Shown: positions 1 to 9,014, counted from the first letter of the stretch. The stretch: 33,980 nt of DNA from an uncultured Candidatus Saccharibacteria bacterium (GCA_964416925.1 CAYQFQ010000006.1:1-33980); one strand, 5' to 3'. Numbers and translations are program-made. The notes: generated by a model not told the origin, from the letters alone.

Positions 1-1680
1 TATTTTTCCATCTTTCATTACTATAATCCTATCCATTTTTCGAATGGTTGAGAGTCTATGCGCGATGACAATAGTTGTCTTATCTTTAATCAAGTTATCC
101 AGAGCCTTCTGGATCAAGGACTCAGAATGAGAATCAAGACTTGATGTGGCTTCATCTAAAATAAGTATTGGTGCATTTTTAAGTATTGCTCTTGCTATAG
201 CGATTCTTTGGCGTTCACCACCGGAAAGTTTTATTCCCCTTTCACCAACAAGTGTGTCGTATTTTCCTGGTAATGCATCAATGAAGTCATCGCAATGTGC
301 AAGCTTAGAGGCACTAATCACCTCTTCATCTGTTGCGTTAGGTTTTCCATAACGAATATTTTCTTTCAATGATCTATGAAAAAGGATTGGATCCTGAGGT
401 ACAAGACTTAAATTTTCTCTTAAGCTTTCTTGAGTAACTTGGTTTATATTTTGCCCGTCTATAAGTATTTCTCCACTAGTTAAGTTGTAAAGCCTCAATA
501 TCATTCGAACAAAAGTTGTTTTCCCTGCACCTGAAGGACCAATCAGTGCAACTTTTTCCCCAGATTTTATGAGACAACTTATATCATCTAAAACAGTTCT
601 TGTTTCATTAAAATTAAATACGATATTCTTAAATTCAATTTCCCCTTTCGATATTTTCAGATCTTTCGCAGAATATGTATTTTGAATCTCATGTGGTGTG
701 AGCATGATTTCTACCATTTCTTCAGAATCAGCCACGCTTTCCATACTATCTCTCAAGACTCTATTTATACTCCAAATCTGTTTAGTCAAAGACATAACAT
801 AAATTTGGATCATAGCTATTCCTCCGATTGTTAGCTCGTCTCTACCCCAATATTTAACAGCGTAAAAGAAAATCACAATTTCTGTTGTATAAGTCAAAAA
901 TAACAATATTGAATCATAAATACCCGCCATATTCCAAGTCCTTAAAGTGATCTTAGCTTGTTCTTTTGTCGCTTCAGTAAAAGAATCTATTTCATTTTTG
1001 TAACCATTAAACAATGAGATGGTTTGATTGTTAGTGATATTATCTGACAATAAACCGGTTGTTTTGGAATCTGTTTCAGCCATCAGAAGATTATATTTCA
1101 TTCTCCATCTATAGAAGATAAAACTAGACGCAAAGAACACAACAATCCACACAAAAATTAAAAGTGATAATGGTTTTGATGTGTAATAGGTTATAACAAT
1201 TGAGCCAATTATAGAAATAACTAGCGGAATAAAATTGTATACGAGTGTATCAAAAAGTCTTTCAAATGCACGTGATTGTCTATTTACCTTTTGAACCAAA
1301 CTCCCAGCAAAATTATTTGTAAAAAAACTATGAGAATGTTTAATTAGGTAATTAAAAGAGTTCTGCTTAATCTTTGCCATAGTACTGGATTCAACATAGT
1401 TGTATAAGAAATATCCAGCCCTATAAAATAACCAATCAAAAACATAAAAAACAGTTATTAAAAATATAATATGGTTAAGCTCTGATACCAAAACTTGTTT
1501 TGAACCCAACCCACTTAAAATATTAAAGAAATCTTTAAAATAATACGGAACGATAATACTAAGGACCCCACTAAAAATAAAGAACAGGACACTTACAACA
1601 AAAAGGATTTTGTATCCTTTTAAGCCCCTCAAATATTCAGAAATTATTTGTTTAATTGTTATCTTTGGTTCGTCCGTCAT
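1..1680 (-). CDS. ABC transporter, fused permease + ATP-binding subunit (MsbA/MdlB-like exporter); 3' end runs off the window
   Basis: Not in the ORF track because no stop lies in the window. Manual translation from ATG at 1680 (MTDEPKITIKQ...) gives hydrophobic TM segments, Walker A GPSGAGKTT, signature LSGGERQR, Walker B ILILDEATSSLD and H-loop IAHRLST. Confidence 0.93.
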   Translation of the reverse strand, partial: MTDEPKITIKQIISEYLRGLKGYKILFVVSVLFFIFSGVLSIIVPYYFKDFFNILSGLGSKQVLVSELNHIIFLITVFYVFDWLFYRAGYFLYNYVESSTMAKIKQNSFNYLIKHSHSFFTNNFAGSLVQKVNRQSRAFERLFDTLVYNFIPLVISIIGSIVITYYTSKPLSLLIFVWIVVFFASSFIFYRWRMKYNLLMAETDSKTTGLLSDNITNNQTISLFNGYKNEIDSFTEATKEQAKITLRTWNMAGIYDSILLFLTYTTEIVIFFYAVKYWGRDELTIGGIAMIQIYVMSLTKQIWSINRVLRDSMESVADSEEMVEIMLTPHEIQNTYSAKDLKISKGEIEFKNIVFNFNETRTVLDDISCLIKSGEKVALIGPSGAGKTTFVRMILRLYNLTSGEILIDGQNINQVTQESLRENLSLVPQDPILFHRSLKENIRYGKPNATDEEVISASKLAHCDDFIDALPGKYDTLVGERGIKLSGGERQRIAIARAILKNAPILILDEATSSLDSHSESLIQKALDNLIKDKTTIVIAHRLSTIRKMDRIIVMKDGKI

Positions 1681-1700
1681 AGTGCTTGATAATAACACAA

Positions 1701-1729
1701 AATAATATGGCTGAAAATAGCCATTTATT
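1701..1729 (-). terminator. Probable intrinsic terminator of the S66 gene
   Basis: ATGGCT-N6-AGCCAT stem (1707-1724) extended by A/T pairs, followed on the minus strand by a T-rich run. Confidence 0.45.
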
Positions 1730-1758
1730 AAAAGACTGCCTGCTCTTAATCAAAAATA

Positions 1759-2739
1759 TCAATGTTTGATTATTGTTATCTGATTATTTTTAGTATCTAG
1801 TTTTACTTCACCTCCAATTGGAAAAGTAATTAAGGGGCTCGTGTGTCCGAAATCAACATTTGCAATAACAGGTATATTTTTTAATTCTGCCTTATTCTTA
1901 ATAACTTGAATGAGTTTTTCATTACTTACTTCACTCTCTTTTTGAAATCTTCCAATAACAATCCCTTTAACATTCTTAAATGAAGGTAAATGAATCAGGG
2001 ATTGTAAATCTCTATCAAAGTTTTCAATTGTAACAGTATGATCATCCTCAATAAACAGGATGGTATTTTTTGCGACTGGAAAATATTCTGTACCTTGAAG
2101 CAGATTGAAAGTACAAAGATTTGCACCAAGAATAGTTCCTGAAGCAGATCCTTTGTTAATTACAAGCCATCCATCATTTTTAATTAAAGTTCTATTGTTC
2201 TGATCTCTATACCAAGCATCGTCACTCCACGATTCTGAAGGTTCCACAGAAAAGCTACCATCTGACACTAAACACTTTTTAAAATACTCAAGAGTGTAAT
2301 CAAAGTATAGTTTTTGTCCAAAAGTTGACCATGCTGGTCCAGAATATGTAACTAAACCAGTTTTTGCAAATATTGCATTCTGTAATGCAGTAGTGTCTGA
2401 GTAACCGATAAATATCTTTGGATTTTTCTTGATAATATCCCAGTCTATGTATCTTAAAAGTTGATTACAATTAAAACCACCAATAACCACAAACACAGCT
2501 TTAACTTTTTTATCTGAAAAAGCTTTGTGTAAATCAGAAACTCTTGATTTTATAGATGAAGATCTAAAGTCATCACTTTCCTCAACATTTTTTCCATATG
2601 TAACTTTAAACCCTAAATCAGAAAGTCTCTCGTTTGCTATGTCTCTATTTTCTTTTGAAATGATAGACATCGAACACGAAGGTGCAATTACCCTGATTTC
2701 ATCTCCTTTCTTTAATTTCGCTGGATATATGATTTTCAT
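1759..2739 (-). CDS. S66 family serine peptidase (LD-carboxypeptidase / MccF-like)
   Basis: IAPS motif, GYSD (catalytic Ser), LFIEDD (Glu) and DFGH (His) triad motifs; 326 aa. Confidence 0.92.
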   Translation of the reverse strand: MKIIYPAKLKKGDEIRVIAPSCSMSIISKENRDIANERLSDLGFKVTYGKNVEESDDFRSSSIKSRVSDLHKAFSDKKVKAVFVVIGGFNCNQLLRYIDWDIIKKNPKIFIGYSDTTALQNAIFAKTGLVTYSGPAWSTFGQKLYFDYTLEYFKKCLVSDGSFSVEPSESWSDDAWYRDQNNRTLIKNDGWLVINKGSASGTILGANLCTFNLLQGTEYFPVAKNTILFIEDDHTVTIENFDRDLQSLIHLPSFKNVKGIVIGRFQKESEVSNEKLIQVIKNKAELKNIPVIANVDFGHTSPLITFPIGGEVKLDTKNNQITIIKH

Positions 2740-2752
2740 ATTTGATTAACAA

Positions 2753-3232
2753 CTAAAGAGTTACAATTTCTTGGAGAGCGTCAGGATTTGATTCATCCAA
2801 TACTTGTTCTTGCTGAACGTCTGATTCATCAGAACATCTAATTCCATCAGTTAAGCTTTCTTCATTACAATACTCATATGAACAATTCTCTTCACCCTCA
2901 GTACAGGTGAGCTCTTCATTGCAACCGAGTTTTTCATCACTTGCTTCACAAAGAGCAATAGACGAAGCCTTTTTATTTATGATTTTATAGATGAAAACAT
3001 TTTCTTCTGCAACATCTGAGCATTCACCGTCTATTTCTATATCACATTCCCAAACAAAGCATTTTTCATTTACTGGGTCACAAGAAGTTTCTGCAACAAT
3101 CTGATAATTTTTATTAACTACTATTTTGACATAAGTTACAACAATTGAGCCAATAAGTAACAAGAAAAAGATAGTATAAAAAATTGCATTTTTCAAACTA
3201 CTTTTTGTGTCTAATTTAGTTTCTGTTTCCAT
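2753..3232 (-). CDS. Membrane-anchored, acidic, cysteine-rich hypothetical protein
   Basis: One N-terminal TM segment followed by a domain with 10 Cys. Start moved to ATG 3232 because a TATAAT box lies inside the longer ORF call. Confidence 0.8.
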   Translation of the reverse strand: METETKLDTKSSLKNAIFYTIFFLLLIGSIVVTYVKIVVNKNYQIVAETSCDPVNEKCFVWECDIEIDGECSDVAEENVFIYKIINKKASSIALCEASDEKLGCNEELTCTEGEENCSYEYCNEESLTDGIRCSDESDVQQEQVLDESNPDALQEIVTL

Positions 3233-3268
3233 AAAAGTATTATATAACAATCAGGGAAAAAGAAAACA

Positions 3269-3314
3269 AAATCGAGGTGGAGCCTTTTTGAGATTCAAGG
3301 CTCCACCTCGATTT
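3269..3314 (-). terminator. Intrinsic terminator downstream of dnaJ
   Basis: Perfect 18-bp inverted repeat AAATCGAGGTGGAGCCTT / AAGGCTCCACCTCGATTT with a 10-nt loop, then GTTTTCTTTTT on the minus strand. Confidence 0.85.
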
Positions 3315-3317
3315 CTA

Positions 3318-3343
3318 CTGGATTCCCAATCATGTCGGGAATG
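3318..3343. repeat. REP-like palindromic repeat (CTGGATTCCC-N9-GGGAATG)
   Basis: ATTCCC-N9-GGGAAT palindrome; its reverse complement shares ATTCCCGACAT...GAATCCAG with the element at 7091-7119. Confidence 0.7.
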
Positions 3344-3357
3344 TTAGAAAGGAAAAA

Positions 3358-4458
3358 TTATAACCCTTCATTAATCAAATCATTGATGACTTTTTTTGCA
3401 TTCTTCGATAAATGAGTTGGAATTTTAATATTTACTTCTATTAGCAAGTCTCCTCTTCTACCATTGTCCATTGGTATTCCTTTTCCTTTGATTCTTAGAA
3501 CCTCACCAAAACTAACTCCTTCTGGTATTTTTAGTTCGATTGGTCCATCTAAGGTCTCAAGAGAATATTTAGCTCCCAACAGTGCATCAGATAATTTTAT
3601 ATTTAATACTGTGGCGATATCTTTTCCTTGTCTCTCAAATACAGTTTTATTTCTAACGTGAAGTTTAATGTATAAATCTCCATTTTGACCACCTTTAACT
3701 GCTTCTCCCGCGCCGGTCAGTCTGATGGACTCGCCATCCTCTACATCAAACGGAATATTAACCTTAACTTGTTCCTGTTTCTTTACGAGACCATCTCCAC
3801 CACATTTGTTACATTTCTCTTTGGGAACCTTCCCAATTCCGCCACATCTTTCGCATGTTTTTTCAGTATTGAATACTCCAAAAATTGATCTTTTTGTCTC
3901 AACAACTTTGCCTATCCCGTTACAGACTGAACATGTAACCATATCAGTACCTTTTTTAGCACCTGTTCCATTACAGTCATCACAATGAGAAGTTTTCGTA
4001 AAGGAAATATTTTTTTCTGCTCCAAATATTGATTCGGCAAAAGTTATTTCCAAATCAACTTGTATGTCTCTACCTTTTTTCTGCTTCTTGCGTCCACCTC
4101 CACCACCACCAAAGAAGTCCCCAAAAATATCTCCCAAATCAAATTCAAAATTTTGTCCTCCTTGAGCATTTTGAAAGCCGGAAAAATCAAAACCTCCAAA
4201 TCCACCCTGATCAAATCCACCAAAACCACCTCCTTGAGGACCACCATTTGAGAAAGTTTGACCATATTGATCGTACTGAGCTCTTTTTTCGTCATTACCC
4301 AAAACAGAGTAAGCTTCATTTACTTCTTTAAATTTCTCAGCATTACCACCTTTGTCTGGGTGATATTCATGAGCAAGCTTTCGGTAAGCCTTCTTTATTT
4401 CTTCTTTGGAAGCGTTTTTTTCTACTCCAAGTGATTGATAATAATCTTTTTTGGGCAT
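3358..4458 (-). CDS. dnaJ: Chaperone DnaJ
   Basis: J-domain with HPD, G/F-rich linker, four CxxCxGxG zinc-finger repeats and C-terminal domain. Confidence 0.98.
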   Translation of the reverse strand: MPKKDYYQSLGVEKNASKEEIKKAYRKLAHEYHPDKGGNAEKFKEVNEAYSVLGNDEKRAQYDQYGQTFSNGGPQGGGFGGFDQGGFGGFDFSGFQNAQGGQNFEFDLGDIFGDFFGGGGGGRKKQKKGRDIQVDLEITFAESIFGAEKNISFTKTSHCDDCNGTGAKKGTDMVTCSVCNGIGKVVETKRSIFGVFNTEKTCERCGGIGKVPKEKCNKCGGDGLVKKQEQVKVNIPFDVEDGESIRLTGAGEAVKGGQNGDLYIKLHVRNKTVFERQGKDIATVLNIKLSDALLGAKYSLETLDGPIELKIPEGVSFGEVLRIKGKGIPMDNGRRGDLLIEVNIKIPTHLSKNAKKVINDLINEGL

Positions 4459-4501
4459 AGTTATTTAAGATAAATTTGATTTTGAAATTATTTAATTGGT
4501 A

Positions 4502-4530
4502 TTGACATTACAATGTTAAGTCGTTATTAT
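4502..4530 (+). promoter_or_regulatory. Sigma70-type promoter for the plus-strand permease
   Basis: TTGACA (4502-4507), 17-nt spacer, TATTAT (4525-4530). Confidence 0.8.
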
Positions 4531-4563
4531 ATTACAGGACTTAACAAATAACAAGGGGTGGTT

Positions 4564-5058
4564 ATGAAAGCTTTTTGGACTGTTGGTGTTGTTATTGTTG
4601 TGGCTCTTATTCTTTGCGGGATAAACTACAAAATCGGCGGAGTAGATCTGATTAAGTCGGGATTGGCTAGTGGTGTGAAGCTATTTGGTGGAATGATTGC
4701 ACTAATAGTTGCACTTTCATTTCTCTCTGGACAAATAAGTGCCTATTACAAGGAGAAACCTGATACAATCAAAAAAATTGTCGACGGTAAGCACGGTGTT
4801 CTAAAATCCATCTTAGCTGGAGTGATTATGCCTGGCGGGTTAGCTGCAGGACCGGTTCTTAAAACAGAGTGGGACAACGGTGGTAGCAAGTTGGCTATTA
4901 TCGCATTTCTGGTATCTTCTGGTCTTCTTAACTGGAGTGGAGTATTTTTCAGAATTCCCTTACTAGGGGGAGAAATAACTTCGATAATGTATGGTATAGG
5001 CATTGTCGTGGTTATGTCACTTGCCTCAATATACTTCGTTGCACGATTTGTGCACTAA
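4564..5058 (+). CDS. Predicted permease (DUF318/ArsP-like membrane protein)
   Basis: About 4-5 hydrophobic segments with LAGVIMPGG...AIIAFLVSSGLLN pattern. SD-like AAGGGGTG upstream of ATG 4564 (the ORF track starts at GTG 4558). Confidence 0.65.
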   Translation: MKAFWTVGVVIVVALILCGINYKIGGVDLIKSGLASGVKLFGGMIALIVALSFLSGQISAYYKEKPDTIKKIVDGKHGVLKSILAGVIMPGGLAAGPVLKTEWDNGGSKLAIIAFLVSSGLLNWSGVFFRIPLLGGEITSIMYGIGIVVVMSLASIYFVARFVH

Positions 5059-5071
5059 CCCCCTTTTGGGG

Positions 5072-5120
5072 ACCGGTAGTGGGACTGCATGTTGCAGTAT
5101 TCCTCTACCGGTTTTTCTTT
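5072..5120 (+). terminator. Unidirectional intrinsic terminator of the permease gene
   Basis: ACCGGTAG/CTACCGGT outer stem, ACTGCA/TGCAGT inner stem, then TTTTCTTT on the plus strand only. Confidence 0.75.
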
Positions 5121-5123
5121 TAA

Positions 5124-7043
5124 TTATTTTTGTTCTCCAGAATCATCTTTCTTTTTTTCCTCATAATCTGCATCTCTTACCTTTTCGTCTTTCTTTTCTT
5201 CACCTTGATTTGGGGCGCTTTGTGCTCCTGGGGCTGTTTGTCCTGCTTTGGACATTGCTTCACCAATCTTCTGCATCTCATTCGAAAGTGCTTCAGAAGC
5301 GGTTTTTATAGCTCCCATATCAGTTCCATTCTTAGCAGACTTCAAGGCTGTTATTTTATCTTCAACTGAACGAACAATTTCTGCTGGTACTTTGTCTTTA
5401 TTATCTTTCAAAGCTTTTTCCGCAGTATAAATCATTTGCTCTGCGATGTTTTTTGTCTCAACTTCATCTTTCTTCTTCTTATCTTCTTCTGCATGAAGCT
5501 CAGCATCTTTCTGCATTTTCTTTACATCGTCTTCAGAGAGACCCGATCTGGCTTCTATTCTAATAGACTGTTCTTTAGCTGTGGCTTTATCTTTTGCTTT
5601 AACATTTAGAATTCCGTTTGCATCCACATCAAACGTAACTTCAACTTGTGGCATACCTCTTGGTGATGGTGGTATTCCATCAAGAATAAATCTACCAAGA
5701 GATTTATTATCAGTCGCCATCGGTCTTTCTCCTTGAACGATATGTATTTCAACAGAGGTCTGATTATCTGCTGCTGTAGAGAAGATTTGGGTCTTTGAGG
5801 TGGGTATTGTGGTGTTTCTCTCTACGAGTTTTGTTGCAACACCTCCCATTGTCTCGATTCCGAGAGATAGTGGTATAACATCCAAAAGTAAAATGTCTTT
5901 GACATCTCCACGAAGAATTCCACCCTGAACCGCAGCACCGAGAGCCACGACTTCATCTGGGTTGATAGATAGGTTTGGTTCTTTCCCGAACAAATCCTTA
6001 ACAGCTTTTAATATTGCAGGCATTCTTGTCTGTCCTCCAACCATAAGAATTTGATCAATGTCAGCAAACTTGAATGGCGATGCAGCAACAGCTCTCTTTG
6101 TTATCTCAATTGATCTATCAATGTATTCTTTGGTCAAATTTTCAAGAGTTGCGCGAGAAAGTTTAAGTGCCAAGTGTTTAGGTCCATTTGCATCAGAAGT
6201 AATGAACGGAATATTTATTTCACTTTCCATTGCAGTTGAAAGCTCAATTTTTGCTTTTTCAGCGGCTTCATCAAGTCTCTGTAGTGCAAGCGCATCTTTT
6301 CTGACGTCAATTCCATTTTCTTTCTTAAATTCCTCTGCCATCCAATCGACGATTTTCTTATCAATATCACGACCACCAAGATGACTATCTCCATCTGTAG
6401 ATTTCACTTCTACAACTCCATCTCCAACCTCGAGAATGGAAATATCAAATGTTCCTCCTCCAAAGTCATAGACTGCGATCTGTTCATTCTTCTTTTTATC
6501 CATTCCGTAAGCAAGAGCTGCAGCGGTTGGCTCGTTAATAATTCTCAAAACATTAAGTCCTGCGATTTGTCCCGCATCTTTTGTTGCCTGCCTTTGTGAA
6601 TCGTTAAAGTATGCAGGAACTGTGATAACAGCATCTGTTATTTTTTCACCGAGTTTTGTCTCTGCATCAGTCTTCAGTTTCTGTAGGATCATAGCTGAAA
6701 CTTCCTCAGGTCTATAGTTCTTACCACCCATAGCAAGTTCTACACCTCCGTTTAAGGATTTTAATACATCAAATGATACAGATCCTTTATCTTTTTGAAC
6801 TCCAGCATCATCATACTGATGACCCATGAACCTTTTAACCTGAAAAACTGTGTTCTTTGGGTTTGTAACAGCCTGTCTTCTTGCTAGAAGACCGACTAGT
6901 CTCTCATTTGTTTTTGATGTTGCAACAATAGAAGGAGTTGTTCTTTGACCTTCAATGTTTTCAATGATTTTAGGAGCATCTCCATCCATAATTGCTACAG
7001 CGGAGAAAGTTGTTCCTAAATCGATTCCAATTATTTTTGACAT
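5124..7043 (-). CDS. dnaK: Chaperone DnaK (Hsp70)
   Basis: [31 protein letters not shown] motifs; 639 aa. Confidence 0.99.
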   Translation of the reverse strand: MSKIIGIDLGTTFSAVAIMDGDAPKIIENIEGQRTTPSIVATSKTNERLVGLLARRQAVTNPKNTVFQVKRFMGHQYDDAGVQKDKGSVSFDVLKSLNGGVELAMGGKNYRPEEVSAMILQKLKTDAETKLGEKITDAVITVPAYFNDSQRQATKDAGQIAGLNVLRIINEPTAAALAYGMDKKKNEQIAVYDFGGGTFDISILEVGDGVVEVKSTDGDSHLGGRDIDKKIVDWMAEEFKKENGIDVRKDALALQRLDEAAEKAKIELSTAMESEINIPFITSDANGPKHLALKLSRATLENLTKEYIDRSIEITKRAVAASPFKFADIDQILMVGGQTRMPAILKAVKDLFGKEPNLSINPDEVVALGAAVQGGILRGDVKDILLLDVIPLSLGIETMGGVATKLVERNTTIPTSKTQIFSTAADNQTSVEIHIVQGERPMATDNKSLGRFILDGIPPSPRGMPQVEVTFDVDANGILNVKAKDKATAKEQSIRIEARSGLSEDDVKKMQKDAELHAEEDKKKKDEVETKNIAEQMIYTAEKALKDNKDKVPAEIVRSVEDKITALKSAKNGTDMGAIKTASEALSNEMQKIGEAMSKAGQTAPGAQSAPNQGEEKKDEKVRDADYEEKKKDDSGEQK

Positions 7044-7090
7044 AAGTTAATTTAATTATTGTGAATAATAGATAGTAATTACACCCTCTT

Positions 7091-7163
7091 TGTTATTCCC
7101 GACATAACCGAGAATCCAGTGTAATTTAAATAATCCTGGATCCCCGCATACGCGAGGATGACA
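7091..7163. repeat. Inverted pair of REP-like palindromes forming a branched stem-loop in the dnaK leader
   Basis: TGTTATTCCCGACATAACCGAGAATCCAG (7091-7119) and CTGGATCCCCGCATACGCGAGGATGACA (7136-7163) are mutually inverted degenerate copies, each internally palindromic. Confidence 0.75.
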
Positions 7164-7171
7164 GAAAACAC

Positions 7172-7471
7172 TTATGCAAAATTAGGAGCTCGAGTAATTT
7201 GACTTGAGAAAAATGATAAATCTTTTTGTGCTAAAAAATTATATGAAAAAAGTGGTTGTTTAAGTGGGATAATCGGAATACTTTCTATGTGCGTTGGTAG
7301 AGCATAAATTTTTTCTTCAGAAGTAGTTTGTGAAATTAATTTTCCACAGATAGCTCTAGCCTTCAACCTTCCATTTACTTCAACAATTTCAAAAACAACC
7401 ATCGCCAAAGTTCCGTTTGGCAAACGCACCATTTTTTCTAAGTATTTTGGCTGTTTTTGAATTGATAACAT
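7172..7471 (-). CDS. 99-aa upstream ORF of dnaK with C-terminal RAP motif (candidate arrest peptide)
   Basis: Open frame with its own consensus promoter directly before the ATG; ends ...FFSSQITRAPNFA*. Confidence 0.75.
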   Translation of the reverse strand: MLSIQKQPKYLEKMVRLPNGTLAMVVFEIVEVNGRLKARAICGKLISQTTSEEKIYALPTHIESIPIIPLKQPLFSYNFLAQKDLSFFSSQITRAPNFA

Positions 7472-7477
7472 ATAACG

Positions 7478-7505
7478 ATTATAACTAAAGAATAATCAGA
7501 GTCAA
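7478..7505 (-). promoter_or_regulatory. Sigma70-type promoter driving the uORF-dnaK transcript (apparently leaderless)
   Basis: TTGACT (7505-7500), 16-nt spacer, TATAAT (7483-7478), 6 nt, ATG. Confidence 0.8.
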
Positions 7506-7530
7506 TATTAGAATAAACACAAAATTAATC

Positions 7531-8145
7531 CTAATTTGATTCACCAACCACAACTTTTGGAGCCAGAATTACTCTACCATTTATAGAGTATCCTTTCTTC
7601 TTAACAAATAGAATTACCCCAACTTTTGAATCATCCTCTACCTTTTCCATTTCTTCAGCGACATGAAGCCCTGGATCAAACTTTTGACCAACGGGATTCA
7701 TCTCTTCAATACCATTTTCTTTTAAGACTTTAATTAAATGAGTATGAATATACTCCACACCAACACGCCAGTTTTTATCAACTTTTTCCCAAGCTTCGCG
7801 ATTTGCATAAGCCATTTCAAAACTATCTAGCACTGGGACTAAATCTTCAACCAAGCTCTCATTAGCATATTTAATCAATTCAACTTTCTCATTTTCTATT
7901 CTTTTTTTGTAATTTACAAAGTCTGCTCTTTCTCTCTGCCAACCATCCATATATTCCTGTTTTTCTTTTTCGCAAAGTTTTAGCTTTTCTCGAAGATTCT
8001 TAACTAACAACTCGAGGGATTCCTCAACTTCTTCAGGGACCACTTGGTCAGAATCTGTTAAATCTTTTTTGTTAGTTTTGGATTTCTTGGTCAATTCACT
8101 GTCATATACGACATCGTCTGAATTTTGATTATTTTTGTTATTCAT
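7531..8145 (-). CDS. grpE: Nucleotide exchange factor GrpE
   Basis: QRERADFVNYKKR, LVPVLDSF, FDPGLH, KKGY...GRVI...KVVV motifs. Confidence 0.96.
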   Translation of the reverse strand: MNNKNNQNSDDVVYDSELTKKSKTNKKDLTDSDQVVPEEVEESLELLVKNLREKLKLCEKEKQEYMDGWQRERADFVNYKKRIENEKVELIKYANESLVEDLVPVLDSFEMAYANREAWEKVDKNWRVGVEYIHTHLIKVLKENGIEEMNPVGQKFDPGLHVAEEMEKVEDDSKVGVILFVKKKGYSINGRVILAPKVVVGESN

Positions 8146-8169
8146 AATATTAAGTGTATTTATATCTAT

Positions 8170-8197
8170 ATTCTATCACATTTTTTTAACAAATCAA
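8170..8197 (-). promoter_or_regulatory. Probable grpE promoter
   Basis: TTGATT, 16-nt spacer, extended -10 TG-A-TAGAAT. Confidence 0.55.
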
Positions 8198-8336
8198 CAT
8201 TTCAATGTATTAATATAATTTAGAGTAATACAATTTAGATTATGTATTTTTTATGAATTTTAAATTTAAAAATCATTGATTTATAAGTTTCCGGGTATAA
8301 CATGAATATGGGTTATGATTTTAATGAAAGGAGAAA

Positions 8337-8486
8337 ATGAAAACTGGATTATTTCTTGTTGGCCTCGTGAGTATTTTTGCAACATTGTTTGCTTACAAAA
8401 AACACAGCGTCGTCGCTGTGTCATCCATGAGGATGGATATCAGCTCTGGATTCTCAAAAGATCCAGATTGGGACAACTACATTTAA
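8337..8486 (+). CDS. 49-aa small membrane or secreted protein (below ORF-track cutoff)
   Basis: AAAGGAG SD before ATG 8337. Translation MKTGLFLVGLVSIFATLFAYKKHSVVAVSSMRMDISSGFSKDPDWDNYI* has one hydrophobic helix, and a terminator follows. Confidence 0.7.
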   Translation: MKTGLFLVGLVSIFATLFAYKKHSVVAVSSMRMDISSGFSKDPDWDNYI

Positions 8487-8511
8487 TGACATTTTTCATG
8501 AAAGGGTGCTT

Positions 8512-8540
8512 CGGGCTCGAGTTAAACTCGAGCCCGTTTT
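8512..8540 (+). terminator. Intrinsic terminator
   Basis: CGGGCTCGAGT-TAA-ACTCGAGCCCG 11-bp stem followed by TTTT. Confidence 0.85.
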
Positions 8541-8544
8541 GTTA

Positions 8545-8573
8545 TTGACTATAAGTAAAATAATTGCTATAAT
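8545..8573 (+). promoter_or_regulatory. Near-consensus sigma70 promoter
   Basis: TTGACT, 17-nt spacer, TG-C-TATAAT. Confidence 0.85.
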
Positions 8574-8612
8574 ATTCAAAGGAGTCGTACACAAAAAATC
8601 TAAGTAAGGAGA

Positions 8613-8948
8613 ATGTCGATGACGTGCAAACCAGTTATCTCGGTGCTTCGTGTCCCTGGATTCGCAGACAGAGCAATGCGGTTACTTCTGATGACCTCGA
8701 TCGCCAGAGCGTTTATCGCAATGAAAATCGGAGTGGAGAAAGTAGGGGACATTATAATTATCCCCCCGCCTACTCAGGAAAATTACGGTGACACTGATGA
8801 TATCGTAATCGTCATTGATCTCGGACCAATTCAAGCTGACTCACGCACGGTTATGGAAAATATACTTTATCGCGTAAAAGAAATATTTCCAAAATCCATC
8901 GTTCAAGTCACGCTTCGCAAAAGTGATGATCGCTATATGGTACTCTAA
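8613..8948 (+). CDS. Hypothetical protein, possible tautomerase/MIF-like beta-alpha-beta fold
   Basis: AAGGAG SD, own promoter and terminator. The fold is only guessed from the hydrophobic periodicity (PVISV...helix...DIIIIPP...DIVIVID...helix...IVQVTL). Confidence 0.7.
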   Translation: MSMTCKPVISVLRVPGFADRAMRLLLMTSIARAFIAMKIGVEKVGDIIIIPPPTQENYGDTDDIVIVIDLGPIQADSRTVMENILYRVKEIFPKSIVQVTLRKSDDRYMVL

Positions 8949-8968
8949 TTACCTTACCAAATGCAAAC

Positions 8969-8998
8969 AAACCGGAGTCTCCCAAGACTCCGGTTTTT
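8969..8998 (+). terminator. Intrinsic terminator
   Basis: AAACCGGAGTCT-CCCA-AGACTCCGGTTT 12-bp stem followed by a T run. Confidence 0.85.
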
Positions 8999-9014
8999 CT
9001 ATATCCGTTCTCCA

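Noticed and set aside
1759-2739. Microcin C immunity gene mccF as part of a bacteriocin cluster
   Set aside because: No mcc biosynthesis genes nearby; the S66 family assignment alone does not establish that substrate.
7044-8300. CIRCE/HrcA heat-shock operator at grpE, the uORF or dnaK
   Set aside because: No TTAGCACTC-N9-GAGTGCTAA found by eye in these spacers, and no hrcA in the window. TAGCACT near 13050 has no matching second half.
8315-8548. 77-aa plus-strand ORF from the track
   Set aside because: It lacks an SD and runs through a terminator; the 8337-8486 frame has the SD and a coherent TM peptide.
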